A DNA stretch of 63,994 nt, counting the filler, from Fonticula-like sp. SCN 57-25 (Eukaryota), in the NCBI GenBank assembly GCA_001724245.1. It is 4 parts of 4 records of this genome, joined end to end, with 100 filler letters (N's around TTAATTAATTAA, not from the genome) between each part and the next. Parts side by side here need not be neighbours in the genome. Positions count along the whole stretch, not along the records: positions 36,515 to 53,087 come from MEDX01000121.1; 3 more parts are not named here. One strand, written 5' to 3'. The translations under genes and the position numbers were made by a program. Below, piece by piece: positions 36,515 through 47,373 of this stretch (position 1 is the stretch's first letter; every line of letters begins with the position of its first letter). Under the pieces are notes generated by a model, which had not been told where the DNA came from, did not search any database, and saw nothing but the letters and a program-made list of their open reading frames with translations.

Positions 36515-36737
36515 GGGGGGGGGGGGTGCTCCCAGATCTGGATCTGGGATGACCCTGAGACCGAAATCTGGGATGTCGGTTTCGGTCCGTCTCAGACCAA
36601 ATTTGGTCATCTGGGTTTACGGGATCCCATCCAGCTGCTCTTACGGCCACGTGGTGAAATGCTGACACATCGCCATCGAGGACGGCCCATAACAAGATTC
36701 ACGCTCGTCCCCTGTCTACGTGTGGGGCAACGTGGCC

Positions 36738-38472
36738 ATGCCGAACCCGTCCGGCCCGCCCAGCGCCTCGGCCAGCGTGTCGCTTGTATATAAGGAGTTG
36801 GTGCAGCTAGAGCTTCCAGATAGGCGGCGTATAAAGATAAACAAGCTGCTGGGTCACGGTGAGTTTGGTCACGTATTCCTGGGCGAGCTGGGGATCCGGC
36901 AGGTGGTGGTCAAGCTGCTCAAGCCCCAGTTTTTGAGGGGGCGAGAGGAGGAGGCGTTTCTACAAGAGAGCGAACTTTTGTCAAAGCTCTCGCATCCTAA
37001 CATTGTCCAGATTCTCGCGCAGCACAGGAGACCTGCATCGTCATCGGGCAAGGAGGGTAATGAGCCGTACTTTGTGCTGGGCTTTGCCGGGCTACGGACG
37101 ATGAGGCACATGGTCGAGCTGGTGGACGAGGACATTGTGGCACCTCACGAGATTATATCGTGCGCTGCCCAAGTTGCAAGCGGACTCGCGTATCTGCACC
37201 AGCTCGAGATCGCCCACTTTGACGTCAAGCCAGAAAACATTTTCATAAACTCCACCGGATTGTACGCGCTCCCCCCGCTCCCCGGCCCAGCGCTTACTCG
37301 ATAAGTTCCAGCGTTACGTTGGGCGACTTTGGCCTTGCCCGCCACATATCGAGTCATGATTTTTGCATGGGAAAAGGTACGCCGAGCTACTCTGCCCCGG
37401 AAGCGTTCCAGGACGACATGTGCCTCGCGTCGGACGTCTGGTCGCTGGGCGTCGTTCTTTTTGAGGTCTTTTCGAGCGGAGCGATGCCCTTTGTGGTAGC
37501 AGGAACGCAATCGAGGCGCGAGTCTGTCTCCCGCACGGGGCCCGCGCCGTTCCCGTTCCACTGCCGCGTCCCTACCAATGTCCAGTGCGCAACTTGATGA
37601 CGTGGCATTTGATTGCTGACGCGATTCGCAGGCAAATCATTCTGCGGATGCTCGTCAAGGACCCGACGAAGCGGCCGCTGTCCAGTGTGCTCTACACGGA
37701 CCTGACCGCGCTCGCGACCGAGCTGCGCCTGGCAGACGAGGCGGCGGCCAAAGAGCTGAGTGACGCCATCGCCCGCCGGCTGTCCTCAGAGGAGCCTGTG
37801 TCCTCCCGGCCCACATCGCCGGCCCGCTTTGGCCGCGACCCCATGGACGTGGGCAGCGTTGCCTACCTCGCCCGCACGCTGTCGCCTCTTCCGTCGCCTC
37901 TCCCGTCGCCCACCAAGACGCCTGTCTCCCTCGCGCCGCCGTTCACCCTCAAGCGCGACTCGGGCGACCTGCTGGCGGCGTCAATTCGCATCGCCCGCGC
38001 AGCAAGCTCGTCGCACAATTCAAGTACAAGTATTTTTGTTCATGTTGACAAGCACGTGCTGCAGAGCGCGGGGCACGTTGAACCCTTGCCGGTGGCGCCC
38101 ACTGCGGTGCAGCCCGCGCGGCCCGCCTCGCTGCCCAGCGACGCGCCGCCTATTCGCAGCGCGCTCAAGACGCCGCGCGCCTCTTCGGAGAACCTTTTGG
38201 CGGATACAAGTGTTGCTGTCGGGTCGCAGCCGCCGTTCCAAAAGCCGCAGCTGAAACGCGCGGTTTCGTTTGTGGAACCAATACGGGAAACCGGCGAAGT
38301 GGCCGCGGAATCTGACCGGGATTCGCCTGGTAGCACCCCGACAGTGCCGCAGGCAACGCCAGAACCTCCCGTGGTGCTGTCGCCGGCCGCTGCGCAAGCG
38401 GCGCGTCGGCAAACCGCACAGGAAATGCTTCGCAACCTTCATCGGTCGGCTGCAGGTCTGCCGCCCAAATAG
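36738..38472 (+). CDS. Protein kinase (TK/TKL-like fold) with Pro/Ser-rich tail, 3 exons
   Basis: LGHGEFGHV, VVVK, HPNIV, HFDVKPEN, GDFGLAR, GTPSYSAPE, SDVWSLGV, DPTKRP; introns ~37262-37310 and ~37585-37631. Confidence 0.88.
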
Positions 38473-39311
38473 CCCTATAATTATTGTATTGTTCTTTGTA
38501 TAAATATAACGCCCTTTTTGATGTTTAATAGTGGCCTATTGTACCTAGGCTGAAAGAAAAGTGCAGTCTTTCAGCTACATTTGCATGGCAGGAGATTTTT
38601 TATCAAGCAAAACCACAGGTACTATGGCCCATATTGACCACATCAATTTTGGTGCGTGTCGTGAGTTATTCGTTGGCAAGTGTGGCACGGTATTCACGTT
38701 CGCGCAATGGCGCCACATGTGCATCGTGTGCCTAAACATTGTGTACATGGTTATTATCTCCTGCTTTTTTGTTCATGATGGTGACAGATTGACGGCTCTG
38801 TTACCATGGTGTGAATAGTAATGACGCACAGTTGACCCCTGGCGAAATTCCTCAAGCTGACCTAGCCGACGGGTGCCGAGACAGTGTTCTTTTCACGCCG
38901 AGTGCTTGGTTTTTCCGTGGAAGGACGCCATTCACGGTTGCGCGAGCGCGTGCCTGCACCTTCCAGCCGCCGGCCACCTGATTTTCACGCGCCAAATTTT
39001 CGCGCCAAAAAACCTGTTCAGAAAATCGCCTTCCTGATAATCACGTTCGCCCGATAAGGCGACCAATCGGGAGCCACGCTCTTGACCAATCACACGCTTG
39101 CAATAATCCGGGCCATGCGTCCCCACCATTTTTTCCACCCCTTCAGTTGAGAGCTTTCCCGCTACCAACCGGCCCGCGCGGACCTCTTGAAGGTTTTCGA
39201 CCACCGGTCTTCCTGCACTTTTCTCTTGCACGCGCAGTACTCGTCGAGTCGCCGTGCATTCGTTGTTGCGCTTTTTCGCTCGCCGATCTTGTGTCAACCG
39301 ATCTCTTTAAA

Positions 39312-40376
39312 ATGGCGTCGAATACCGAGCTCCTTTCCCGCTTCATGACCCTGCCCCAGAACGGCCTCATTCAGGCGACCTACATCTGGATCGACGCCAT
39401 CGGCGAGCTCCGCCAGAAGACCATGACGATCGATCGCCTGCCGACCTCGCCGAGCGAGCTCAAGATCTGGAACTTTGACGGCTCGTCGACCGGCCAGGCC
39501 CCCGGCCACAACTCGGATGTCCTCATCCGCCCGGTCGCGATCTTCAAGGATCCCTTCCGCACCGGCGGCGAGAACATCCTCGTCATGTGCGAGACCCTCA
39601 ACACCGATCTCTCGGCGCACGCCACCAATCACCGCGCGCTCGCCCAGAAGATCTTTGAGAACCCCGCGGTCAAGGCTGCCGAGACCTGGTTCGGCATCGA
39701 GCAGGAGTACTCGCTCCTCGACACGGATGGCCACCCGCTTGGCTGGCCCAAGGGCGGCTTCCCCGGTCCCCAGGGCCCCTACTACTGCGGCGTCGGTGCC
39801 ACCAAGGTCTACGGCCGCGACATCGTCGAGGCCCACTACCGCGCCTGCCTCTACGCCGGTGTCCGCATCTGCGGCACCAACGCCGAGGTCATGCCCTCCC
39901 AGTGGGAGTTCCAGGTCGGCCCGTGCGAGGGCATCTCTGTCGGCGACCACCTGTGGATGGGCCGCTTCATCCTCGTCCAGGTTGCCGAGATGTTCAACGT
40001 GATCGTCTCGTTCGACCCCAAGCCGATCCCCGGCGACTGGAACGGCGCTGGCTGCCACACCAATTTCTCCACCGTGGCCATGCGCAACCCCGTCGGCGGC
40101 CTTGATGCCATCAACACCGCCTGCGAGAAGCTCAAGCCCAAGCACCTCGAGCACATTGCCGTCTACGGCGATGGCAACGAGCGCCGCCTCACCGGCAACC
40201 ACGAGACCGCCCCGATCCACCAGTTCAGCTACGGCGTTGCCAACCGCAAGTGCTCGATCCGCATCCCCCGCCAGGTCAACGAGGAGGGCTACGGCTACCT
40301 CGAGGACCGCCGCCCGGGTTCCAACTCGGACCCTTACCGCGTGGCCAGCAAGATCGCTGACACGATCATCTTGTAA
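39312..40376 (+). CDS. GLN1: Glutamine synthetase type II, intronless
   Basis: [70 protein letters not shown]. Confidence 0.97.
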   Translation: MASNTELLSRFMTLPQNGLIQATYIWIDAIGELRQKTMTIDRLPTSPSELKIWNFDGSSTGQAPGHNSDVLIRPVAIFKDPFRTGGENILVMCETLNTDLSAHATNHRALAQKIFENPAVKAAETWFGIEQEYSLLDTDGHPLGWPKGGFPGPQGPYYCGVGATKVYGRDIVEAHYRACLYAGVRICGTNAEVMPSQWEFQVGPCEGISVGDHLWMGRFILVQVAEMFNVIVSFDPKPIPGDWNGAGCHTNFSTVAMRNPVGGLDAINTACEKLKPKHLEHIAVYGDGNERRLTGNHETAPIHQFSYGVANRKCSIRIPRQVNEEGYGYLEDRRPGSNSDPYRVASKIADTIIL

Positions 40377-40701
40377 CCATTTGGTTGCATGATGGTACCT
40401 TTTTCCTAGACCCATGATGCTTAGTCATTTTGCCTATTTCATTCTGTTTTTAACCTTCATCATTGCAATATACTACTACATCTCTTGTAGTACCCGTTGA
40501 CGGAACGCGAACAACAAGAGCTCCCAAGCGTCGACTCTCGAGGTAACTCTTCCCAAGTACATTATATTCATATGCGTGTGTGAATTTTATATCGGGTTAT
40601 ATCGGGTCTCAATCTAGGGAATCGTTTTAAAACTATCCTGATATATTCAAGCCCACATTACAGAGAGTACACAGTAGAGGACCACACGATATAGGCCCAC
40701 G

Positions 40702-41880
40702 CTAGGCGCTGCGCAGCACAGCGAGGATGTCGACGACGAGGCGCTCGTACAGCCCGACGTGCTCGACGAGCTCCTGCTTGCTGATGGACTCATTGTCGCT
40801 GTGCGCCACCTGGATGGAGCCGGGCCCCATGAGGAACGCCTGGTGGGACCCGAGCAGGTACGGGATGTCGGTGTTGTAGTTGAGCACCGTCGTCTCGTAC
40901 CCGGGCAGCGTGGCGCAGATGACGGGCTCGTTCTTTGAGAGCACCGTGAGGTTTGCCTTGTTGTCCACGATCTACCACGGGGCGGTGCGTGAGATCAGGC
41001 GGGGGCTATGCGGGCGTGCGCGTACCTGGTCGATGGCGGACGCCGTCTCCTCCACCGTGGTCGCCACCCGGACCATGACCTCTGCGCGCGCGTACTCGGG
41101 GATGACGTTGGCGGCGACGCCTCCGTTAAACATGCCCACGTTGAGCGTCGTCTTGCCCAGGACGGGCGACGTCGGCAGGTCGGCGCGCGAGAGGTCGAGG
41201 GCGACCTCCATGAGCGGCTCGATGGCCGACTCGCCGAGCTCGGGGTAGCCAGAGTGCGCCGCGCGGCCCTCGCGCTCGAGCAGGAACTTGTACCCTCCCT
41301 TGTGCCCGACGCCCATCTTGGACTCGGTCGGCTCGCCGACGACGAGGTACTTGATCGCGAGGCCAAGCTCGTTCGCCTTGATCATGCCGGCGTGATCAAC
41401 CTCCTCGCCAACCACAAAGAGGAAACCAATGCGCTCAACATCCGGCTCGCCGCTCTCAACCATATTCTGCACCGCGGTGAGCATGGCCGCAAGGTTGCTC
41501 TTTGCATCCGTCGACCCGCGGCCGTAGATCCGCTCGGCATCCTCGCTGAAGCCAATGTACGGCGGCACAGTGTCCATGTGAGTGTTGAACAAAAGCTCAA
41601 TGTCCGACAAGCTTGAGGAATTGCGGTACGCAAGAACATTCGCGCGGTCACCGGCACCGCCATCCACCGACTGAAGCTGCACGGTCCATCCGCGAGCCTC
41701 GAGCCAGCCAGCAATAAAGTTGGCCACGGCGCGCTCGGATCCGCTCGTGCTCTCGATCTCCATGAGGGAGCGAGTCAGCGAAAGAACCGGCTCATCGGCC
41801 GTAACATAGGCACGGGACGACATGGACGCAGAGGCAACGCTAATAAAAACTACAACACAGACCAAGAGGCGACGCAGCAT
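40702..41880 (-). CDS. Secreted M20-family metallopeptidase (ArgE/DapE-like)
   Basis: Signal peptide; NTHMDTVPP, GRGSTDAK, VGEE, GEPT, AAHSGYPE, GPGSIQVAH; one intron. Confidence 0.9.
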
Positions 41881-42324
41881 CGGCGGGCTGCAGCACTGAT
41901 TCGCAAACGCAATGGATGATCACAACGATGACACACCAACATTCCACGTGGCCATTTATTATGGACAGGTATCTTGCTTGGGCCGCCCCGATAGCCTTGT
42001 GAATAAATGATTTTATTATTTGGCATAGTCAAAAGTAAGGCCGCAAAGATGCTTTTTGCAGTGCCTAAAACACGCCCGCATGTTGAAAAGCCGCCCGTTG
42101 CTCCCTTCCGGCATCATGGGGTCGAAGCGAGGCTGGAGCCCGCTATTCCTCCTCTCTCTATTGGCTCATTTTCTGCCGATCGCATGTGCTCGACCAATCA
42201 GGAGCGACTTATAGGGGTGGGATTTATTTAGCAGCTCGGCTCAGCAAGCAGCTGCTTACAATCCTGCATCCCTCTCCCCTAGGGCTCAGCATCCCATCAG
42301 GCGAGTCTGACGCTCTACCCCACC

Positions 42325-44895
42325 ATGTCGAGCGCGCGTTCCACTGTTGTCGTTGTCGGCGGCGGCCTTGCAGGTCTTTCGGCGGCCATTGAGGCGAGCC
42401 GCGGCGGCGCCAAGGTGATCCTCCTCGAGAAGGGCGGCAATGTTGGAGGAAACTCGGCCAAGGCCACCTCAGGTGCGTGCTCTACTCCTGGAATCCAGAC
42501 ATGTTGCGTTCCATTTTTACCCTCTTCTTTCTGCTTGCTTCTACCAAGTTTCCTTTGGGCCTTTTCTTACTAGTTGCGTGTAGGCATCAACGGTGCTGGC
42601 ACCCCTGCCCAGGCGGCCGCCAACATTACCGACTCGCCTGCCCAGCTGGACAAGGACACCATCAAGTGCGCCATCCCTTTCCCCCTTGCCCTATTCCTTG
42701 CCTTTTGTCCGTGCTTAACATCGGCCTTTTCCCCTCCTCCCCCCCATCTTTAGGTCCGGTCATGGCCTTTCCGACACGAGCCTCGTGCAGGTCCTTTCGT
42801 CGGACAGCGCCGATGCCGTCAAGTGGCTTCACTCGTTCGGCCTTGCCCTTGACGTTGTGTCGCAGTGCGGCGGCCACTCGCTCCCTCGCACGCACCGCCT
42901 GACGCCCGGCCCCGACGGCAAGGTCGCCCCCGTCGGCTTTTCGATCGTCTCCAAGCTGAGCGCGCACCTCGCGACGCTCCCCGACGTCGAGATCATTAAG
43001 AACGCTAGCGTCTCCAAGCTGCTGACCGAGTCGATTGGCAAGACCAACACTGGCATCACGGGCGTCGAGTACAGCGTGGGCGGCGGCGAGACGCAGACGC
43101 TCAAGGCCGACGCCGTGATTCTTTGCACTGGCGGCTTTGGCGCCAACGTCGAGATGCTCGAGAAGCACGCCCCGCGCTGCCGCCTGCTGCCGACGACCAA
43201 CGGCGACAGCGCCGACGGTTCCGGCATGAAGCTCGCCGAGGCCGCGGGCGCTGCCCTCGTCGACATGGACCAGGTGCAGGTGCACCCGACGTCCTTTGTC
43301 GACCCCGCCGCGCCCGACGCGCGCACCAAGTTCCTCGCGCCGGAGGCTCTCCGCGGCTCGGGCGCCATCCTCGTCAACGACAAGGGAAAGCGCTTTGTCG
43401 ATGAGCTCGGCACCCGCGACAAGGTCACCGCCGCGATCACCAGCGGCGACGTTCTCCCGCGCGTCAACGTGCACCTCGTCGTCAACGAGGCCATGGTCGA
43501 GACGTTCGGCCGCGCCGCGTTTGACTTTTACTTTAAGGTGAAGAAGTTCTTCGTGCAGGTCAAGGGAGCCGCCGGGCTCGCTGCGCACCTCAACGCTAGC
43601 GCTGAGGACGTGGCGGCGACGCTCATGGCATACGGCAACGGTCAGGACGAGTTTGGAAAGACCGTCTTCCCGGGCAAGTTCACCACCGACGAGGATCTCT
43701 GTACGCTATTTGGGCTTGTGACCTAGTTTGGGAAATTGGTCAAAATTGTCTCTTTTATGATCTCTTTTTTATGGACTAGGTTTGCCTCTTTTTGGTCTAC
43801 TTTTGCCGTATTTGCTCCTTTCTGACCCTCTTTGACCCGTGTTGACCATCTTGACCCATTTTGACCCACTTTTACTAACATTTCCCAGGGGTTGCCGCGA
43901 TCACTCCCGCGATCCACTACTGCATGGGCGGCGTCCGCATCAACGGCTCTGCCGAGGTCCTTGAGGAGCGCCACCTTCCCGCGATGTCGCACCACCAGGA
44001 CGCCTCGCTGCGCTTCTGCCCGATCCTCGGCCTGTTCGCCGCCGGCGAAGTGACTGGCGGCGTTCACGGCGGCAACCGCCTCGCCGGCAACTCTCTCCTC
44101 GAGTGCGTCGTGTACGGCCGCATTGCGGGCCGCCGCGCGGCCAACACTCACCTCGGCGGCGCCGCCCCCCTTTCGCCCGACTCCTTCACGCCTCTTCGCC
44201 TGCGCCACTCCAAGCTGCTCGGCGTGTTCACGCACGTCTTCACCTTTGACCTTGCCTCTGTTCGCCAGCGCGCGAGCGGCACCGTCGGCCAGTACGTCAA
44301 GGTTCGCTGGGTGTCGGCGGACGGCCAGGTGGTTATCCGCTGCTACTCGCCGATCAGCTCGCCGGACGAGTACGGCACGCTGCAGCTGCTCATCAAGTGC
44401 GAGCCCGGAGGCGCGCTCTCGTCGTTCATGGGCACGATGCGCCCCGGCGAGATGCTCGACTTTAGCGGCTTCCACGGCGACCTCGACGTGCACCTCGAGC
44501 AGGCCAAGTGCGTCGGCATGATCGCCGGCGGCGTCGGAATCTCCCCGATGATCCAGATTCTCCGCCACGCCATCGTCCAGGGCAACAACGACGTCCAGCT
44601 CAAGCTCCTCTACGGCGCCGTCACGCTTGACGAGCTCGTCTACTACAAGGACTTGCTCGACATTGTCGCGCTCCACCACAACATCAAGGTCACTTTCTAC
44701 CTCAACAACCCGCCAGAGGGATGGAAGGGCGGCGTCGGCTTCATCAACGAGGAGGCCATCAAGCGCGAGCTCGCGCCGCCGGGAGAGGGCGTCCGCGTCA
44801 TCCTTTGCGGTCCGCCCGGCATGTGCCGCTCGCTCAAGCCGGTCATCTCGGGCAACTGCGGGTACACCAGCGACATGTTTTACAGCTTCATGTAG
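42325..44895 (+). CDS. Soluble fumarate reductase (flavocytochrome c/Osm1-type) fused to a cytochrome b5 reductase-like FAD/NADH domain, 4 exons
   Basis: [56 protein letters not shown], followed in the same exon by [25 protein letters not shown]. Confidence 0.92.
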
Positions 44896-45139
44896 GATGG
44901 CAATTTCATCCTTACCGCACGCATATCGATTAATTAAACAAATATATTTATCAATCCAATTTCAGTTGCCAATTTTACTGTCCATGCTCAGCGGTGCACA
45001 CTCTTCTCTTTGCATGGCTCGAATCACGATACTTGATATGTTTAATATGCATTCATGGGTTGCAAAGCCGACCGGGTTGATACAAGCGCGGAAGGAATAG
45101 AATACAAGAAAAATGAACTGATTTGATATGCAGGTGCCT

Positions 45140-47047
45140 CTAGCAAACGCCCTTGACCCACAGGGAGAACGGCGGGAACAGGCGGATGTTGGGGATGCTC
45201 GCGCCAATGTCCCTCAGCATGTCGCCCGTGTCGGCCTCTATCTGGTGGCCACCGCTGCCGCCCGCTACCGCCTCGCAGGTGACCGCCAAATGGCGGCGGT
45301 ACGGCGCGTACCGGGCAGCGCTGGCGTACAGCGCGAGGTGGGCAAAGAACGGCGTTTTGTCGATGGCGTCCGATCGGATGGACGAAGGGATGCTCGCGAG
45401 CGCCTTTTCGAGTAGCGCGGCGCTGATCACAAACGGCCCCTCAAGCGGCACAAAATAGTGATTGCCGGCGCCGTCGGACGCCTGCACGTTATCAAACGAG
45501 GCGCTCTCGGTCAGCCCACCGCCACTGCCCTCGACAACGTGCCGCAGGCTCGACTTTGTCGTGACGATGTGCAGGTAGCCGCCCTCGCGGAACCCCTGCA
45601 GCATGCCGTTCATCTCGACGAGGCTATAGCGCTCAACATTTTCTATCACAAGCAGCGGCGACGTGGTGGTCACGCCAACGGCGACGCTGATCACGTCGTA
45701 CTTGTTGATAGGGTTGGCGCAGAAGCAGACCGTGATCGGGCGCGACCACCGCCCGCTGCCCTTGATGGGGTACTCGATGGTCGAGCACCCGCGCTCGAGC
45801 GGGTCCTTGCTCGGGGCGAGCACGATGATGCGGGAGACGCGTGGCAGCTGCGCGTAGTGCTGCACGAGCGCGTCCATGGCAGCGGCGTCCGTAGACGGGA
45901 CGGAAATGGCGAGGATGACGTCGTCAAAGTCGTGCAGGGCGGCGCGCTGGACGCCGTCGGTCATCTCGGCGAGCGACCCGACGGGCTCGCGCCACGCGTT
46001 AAAGGCATCCAGGTCGACGAGCCTGCCCGACGACGTCGTCAGCACGACCGACGAGTCCTCGTCCTTGACCAGGTTCACGCTGTAGTGCTCGTTGAACCAC
46101 TTGACGGCGTTCTCGGAAACGTGCTCGCCGACGGACGCCTCGTTTCGGCTGCAGGACATATCCACGTGGGGGTACAGGAGGTACCCGCCGTCCTCCACAA
46201 AGAGGCGCACCATAAACATCTTCCAGCTGGTGCGGGATGGCCAAAGGTTGGTCATCGAGTTGGGGATGTACGGCGCGTCGAGGCCGCGCGGGCCAAAATG
46301 CCACTCGAGGAAGAACTCGCGCAGGCGGCGCCATGAGCGCGCAGTGTACACGACGCCCCAGCTGTTCGGGTACTGGTAGATGTACGGGTGCGTCGTCTCC
46401 ATCTCGGGCGCTGTCAAAAGCTGCGTCGTCACATCATTGTAAAAGGGCGAGTAGAGAGAAATGCCCCACAGATTCGGGTCCTGATTAGTCACAAAGTACG
46501 TCTCAGCAAGAACTTCAATGTAGCGCAGCGCGACGGCGGCAAGCTGAATGTCGTCTTCCAAAAATAGCGTGAGCTCGCTGTTGTCGTCGGTTTCCGGCTC
46601 CCAGTTTCCGAGAATGGACGTGCGCAGGCCGAGGCGATGGCGCGCAAGATGCAGCGTTAGCGGCGCAAGGCTCGGCGGCTCCAGCTTCAAAAGGACATCG
46701 CGCTGCTCGTTCCACTTTTCCGAAGGGTCGTCCGCGTGGTCATGGTAGATGTGGATGCCGCTCACGCACGATGTCGGCCACGCGTCCATGATCGTGCTCC
46801 ATAACCGATTAAAATTGTCCGGCCGATTGTAGACAAAGATGGCAATTCTTAACGAGTAGGGACACGACGATGGCAGTTCAAATCCCGAGCCACCGCCGCG
46901 AGGCAACGTCTCCCAGTTGCTTACCGAGAGCAATGATATCCTTTCGTTCCTCGCATTGTCGTGCGCGGGCCGCCGTCCAGCGATGGAGAGCAGTCCCACA
47001 AGGAGTGCGACTAGAGCGAACGCAACAAAGTAGACGCGCTTCCGCAT
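45140..47047 (-). CDS. Type II membrane glycosyltransferase (GT-A fold) with degenerate C-terminal second domain, intronless
   Basis: Signal anchor MRKRVYFVAFALVALLVGLL; FVYNRP, LGLRTSI, LFLEDDI, GISLYSP, QYPNSWG, SWK. Confidence 0.75.
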   Translation of the reverse strand: MRKRVYFVAFALVALLVGLLSIAGRRPAHDNARNERISLLSVSNWETLPRGGGSGFELPSSCPYSLRIAIFVYNRPDNFNRLWSTIMDAWPTSCVSGIHIYHDHADDPSEKWNEQRDVLLKLEPPSLAPLTLHLARHRLGLRTSILGNWEPETDDNSELTLFLEDDIQLAAVALRYIEVLAETYFVTNQDPNLWGISLYSPFYNDVTTQLLTAPEMETTHPYIYQYPNSWGVVYTARSWRRLREFFLEWHFGPRGLDAPYIPNSMTNLWPSRTSWKMFMVRLFVEDGGYLLYPHVDMSCSRNEASVGEHVSENAVKWFNEHYSVNLVKDEDSSVVLTTSSGRLVDLDAFNAWREPVGSLAEMTDGVQRAALHDFDDVILAISVPSTDAAAMDALVQHYAQLPRVSRIIVLAPSKDPLERGCSTIEYPIKGSGRWSRPITVCFCANPINKYDVISVAVGVTTTSPLLVIENVERYSLVEMNGMLQGFREGGYLHIVTTKSSLRHVVEGSGGGLTESASFDNVQASDGAGNHYFVPLEGPFVISAALLEKALASIPSSIRSDAIDKTPFFAHLALYASAARYAPYRRHLAVTCEAVAGGSGGHQIEADTGDMLRDIGASIPNIRLFPPFSLWVKGVC

Positions 47048-47373
47048 CTGAGGCCTGTCTTCCGATCCCTCTCCCCCCCACTGAAAGGCTTGCTGACAAT
47101 GGGGTAGACCGACGACACGCGCCGGATCCTGGAAGAACTCGCCTAAAGCAATGGTCCCGCGCAAACCGGCTCGCGCGCCGCTCTAAGCCCCTAAACGTGA
47201 CGGTCAAACTTGAACTACGCGTGCGATTGGTCAGTTTATTTACACCTGGATTCCAATTGGGTAATCTACTAGACGGAGGTATGTGATTGATCGATTATTT
47301 TATTTCAAGTTGCCGATTGGTCTGTCAAGTTGTACAAGGGGCGTGAGGTCCGAAATGAAGCACGCGTGCGCGC

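Noticed and set aside
39294-40415. 373-aa antisense ORF over glutamine synthetase
   Set aside because: Shadow ORF expected from strong C/G-ending codon bias; no protein motifs.
42662-44679. Long antisense ORFs over the fumarate reductase
   Set aside because: They mirror the sense exons and carry no independent coding signal.
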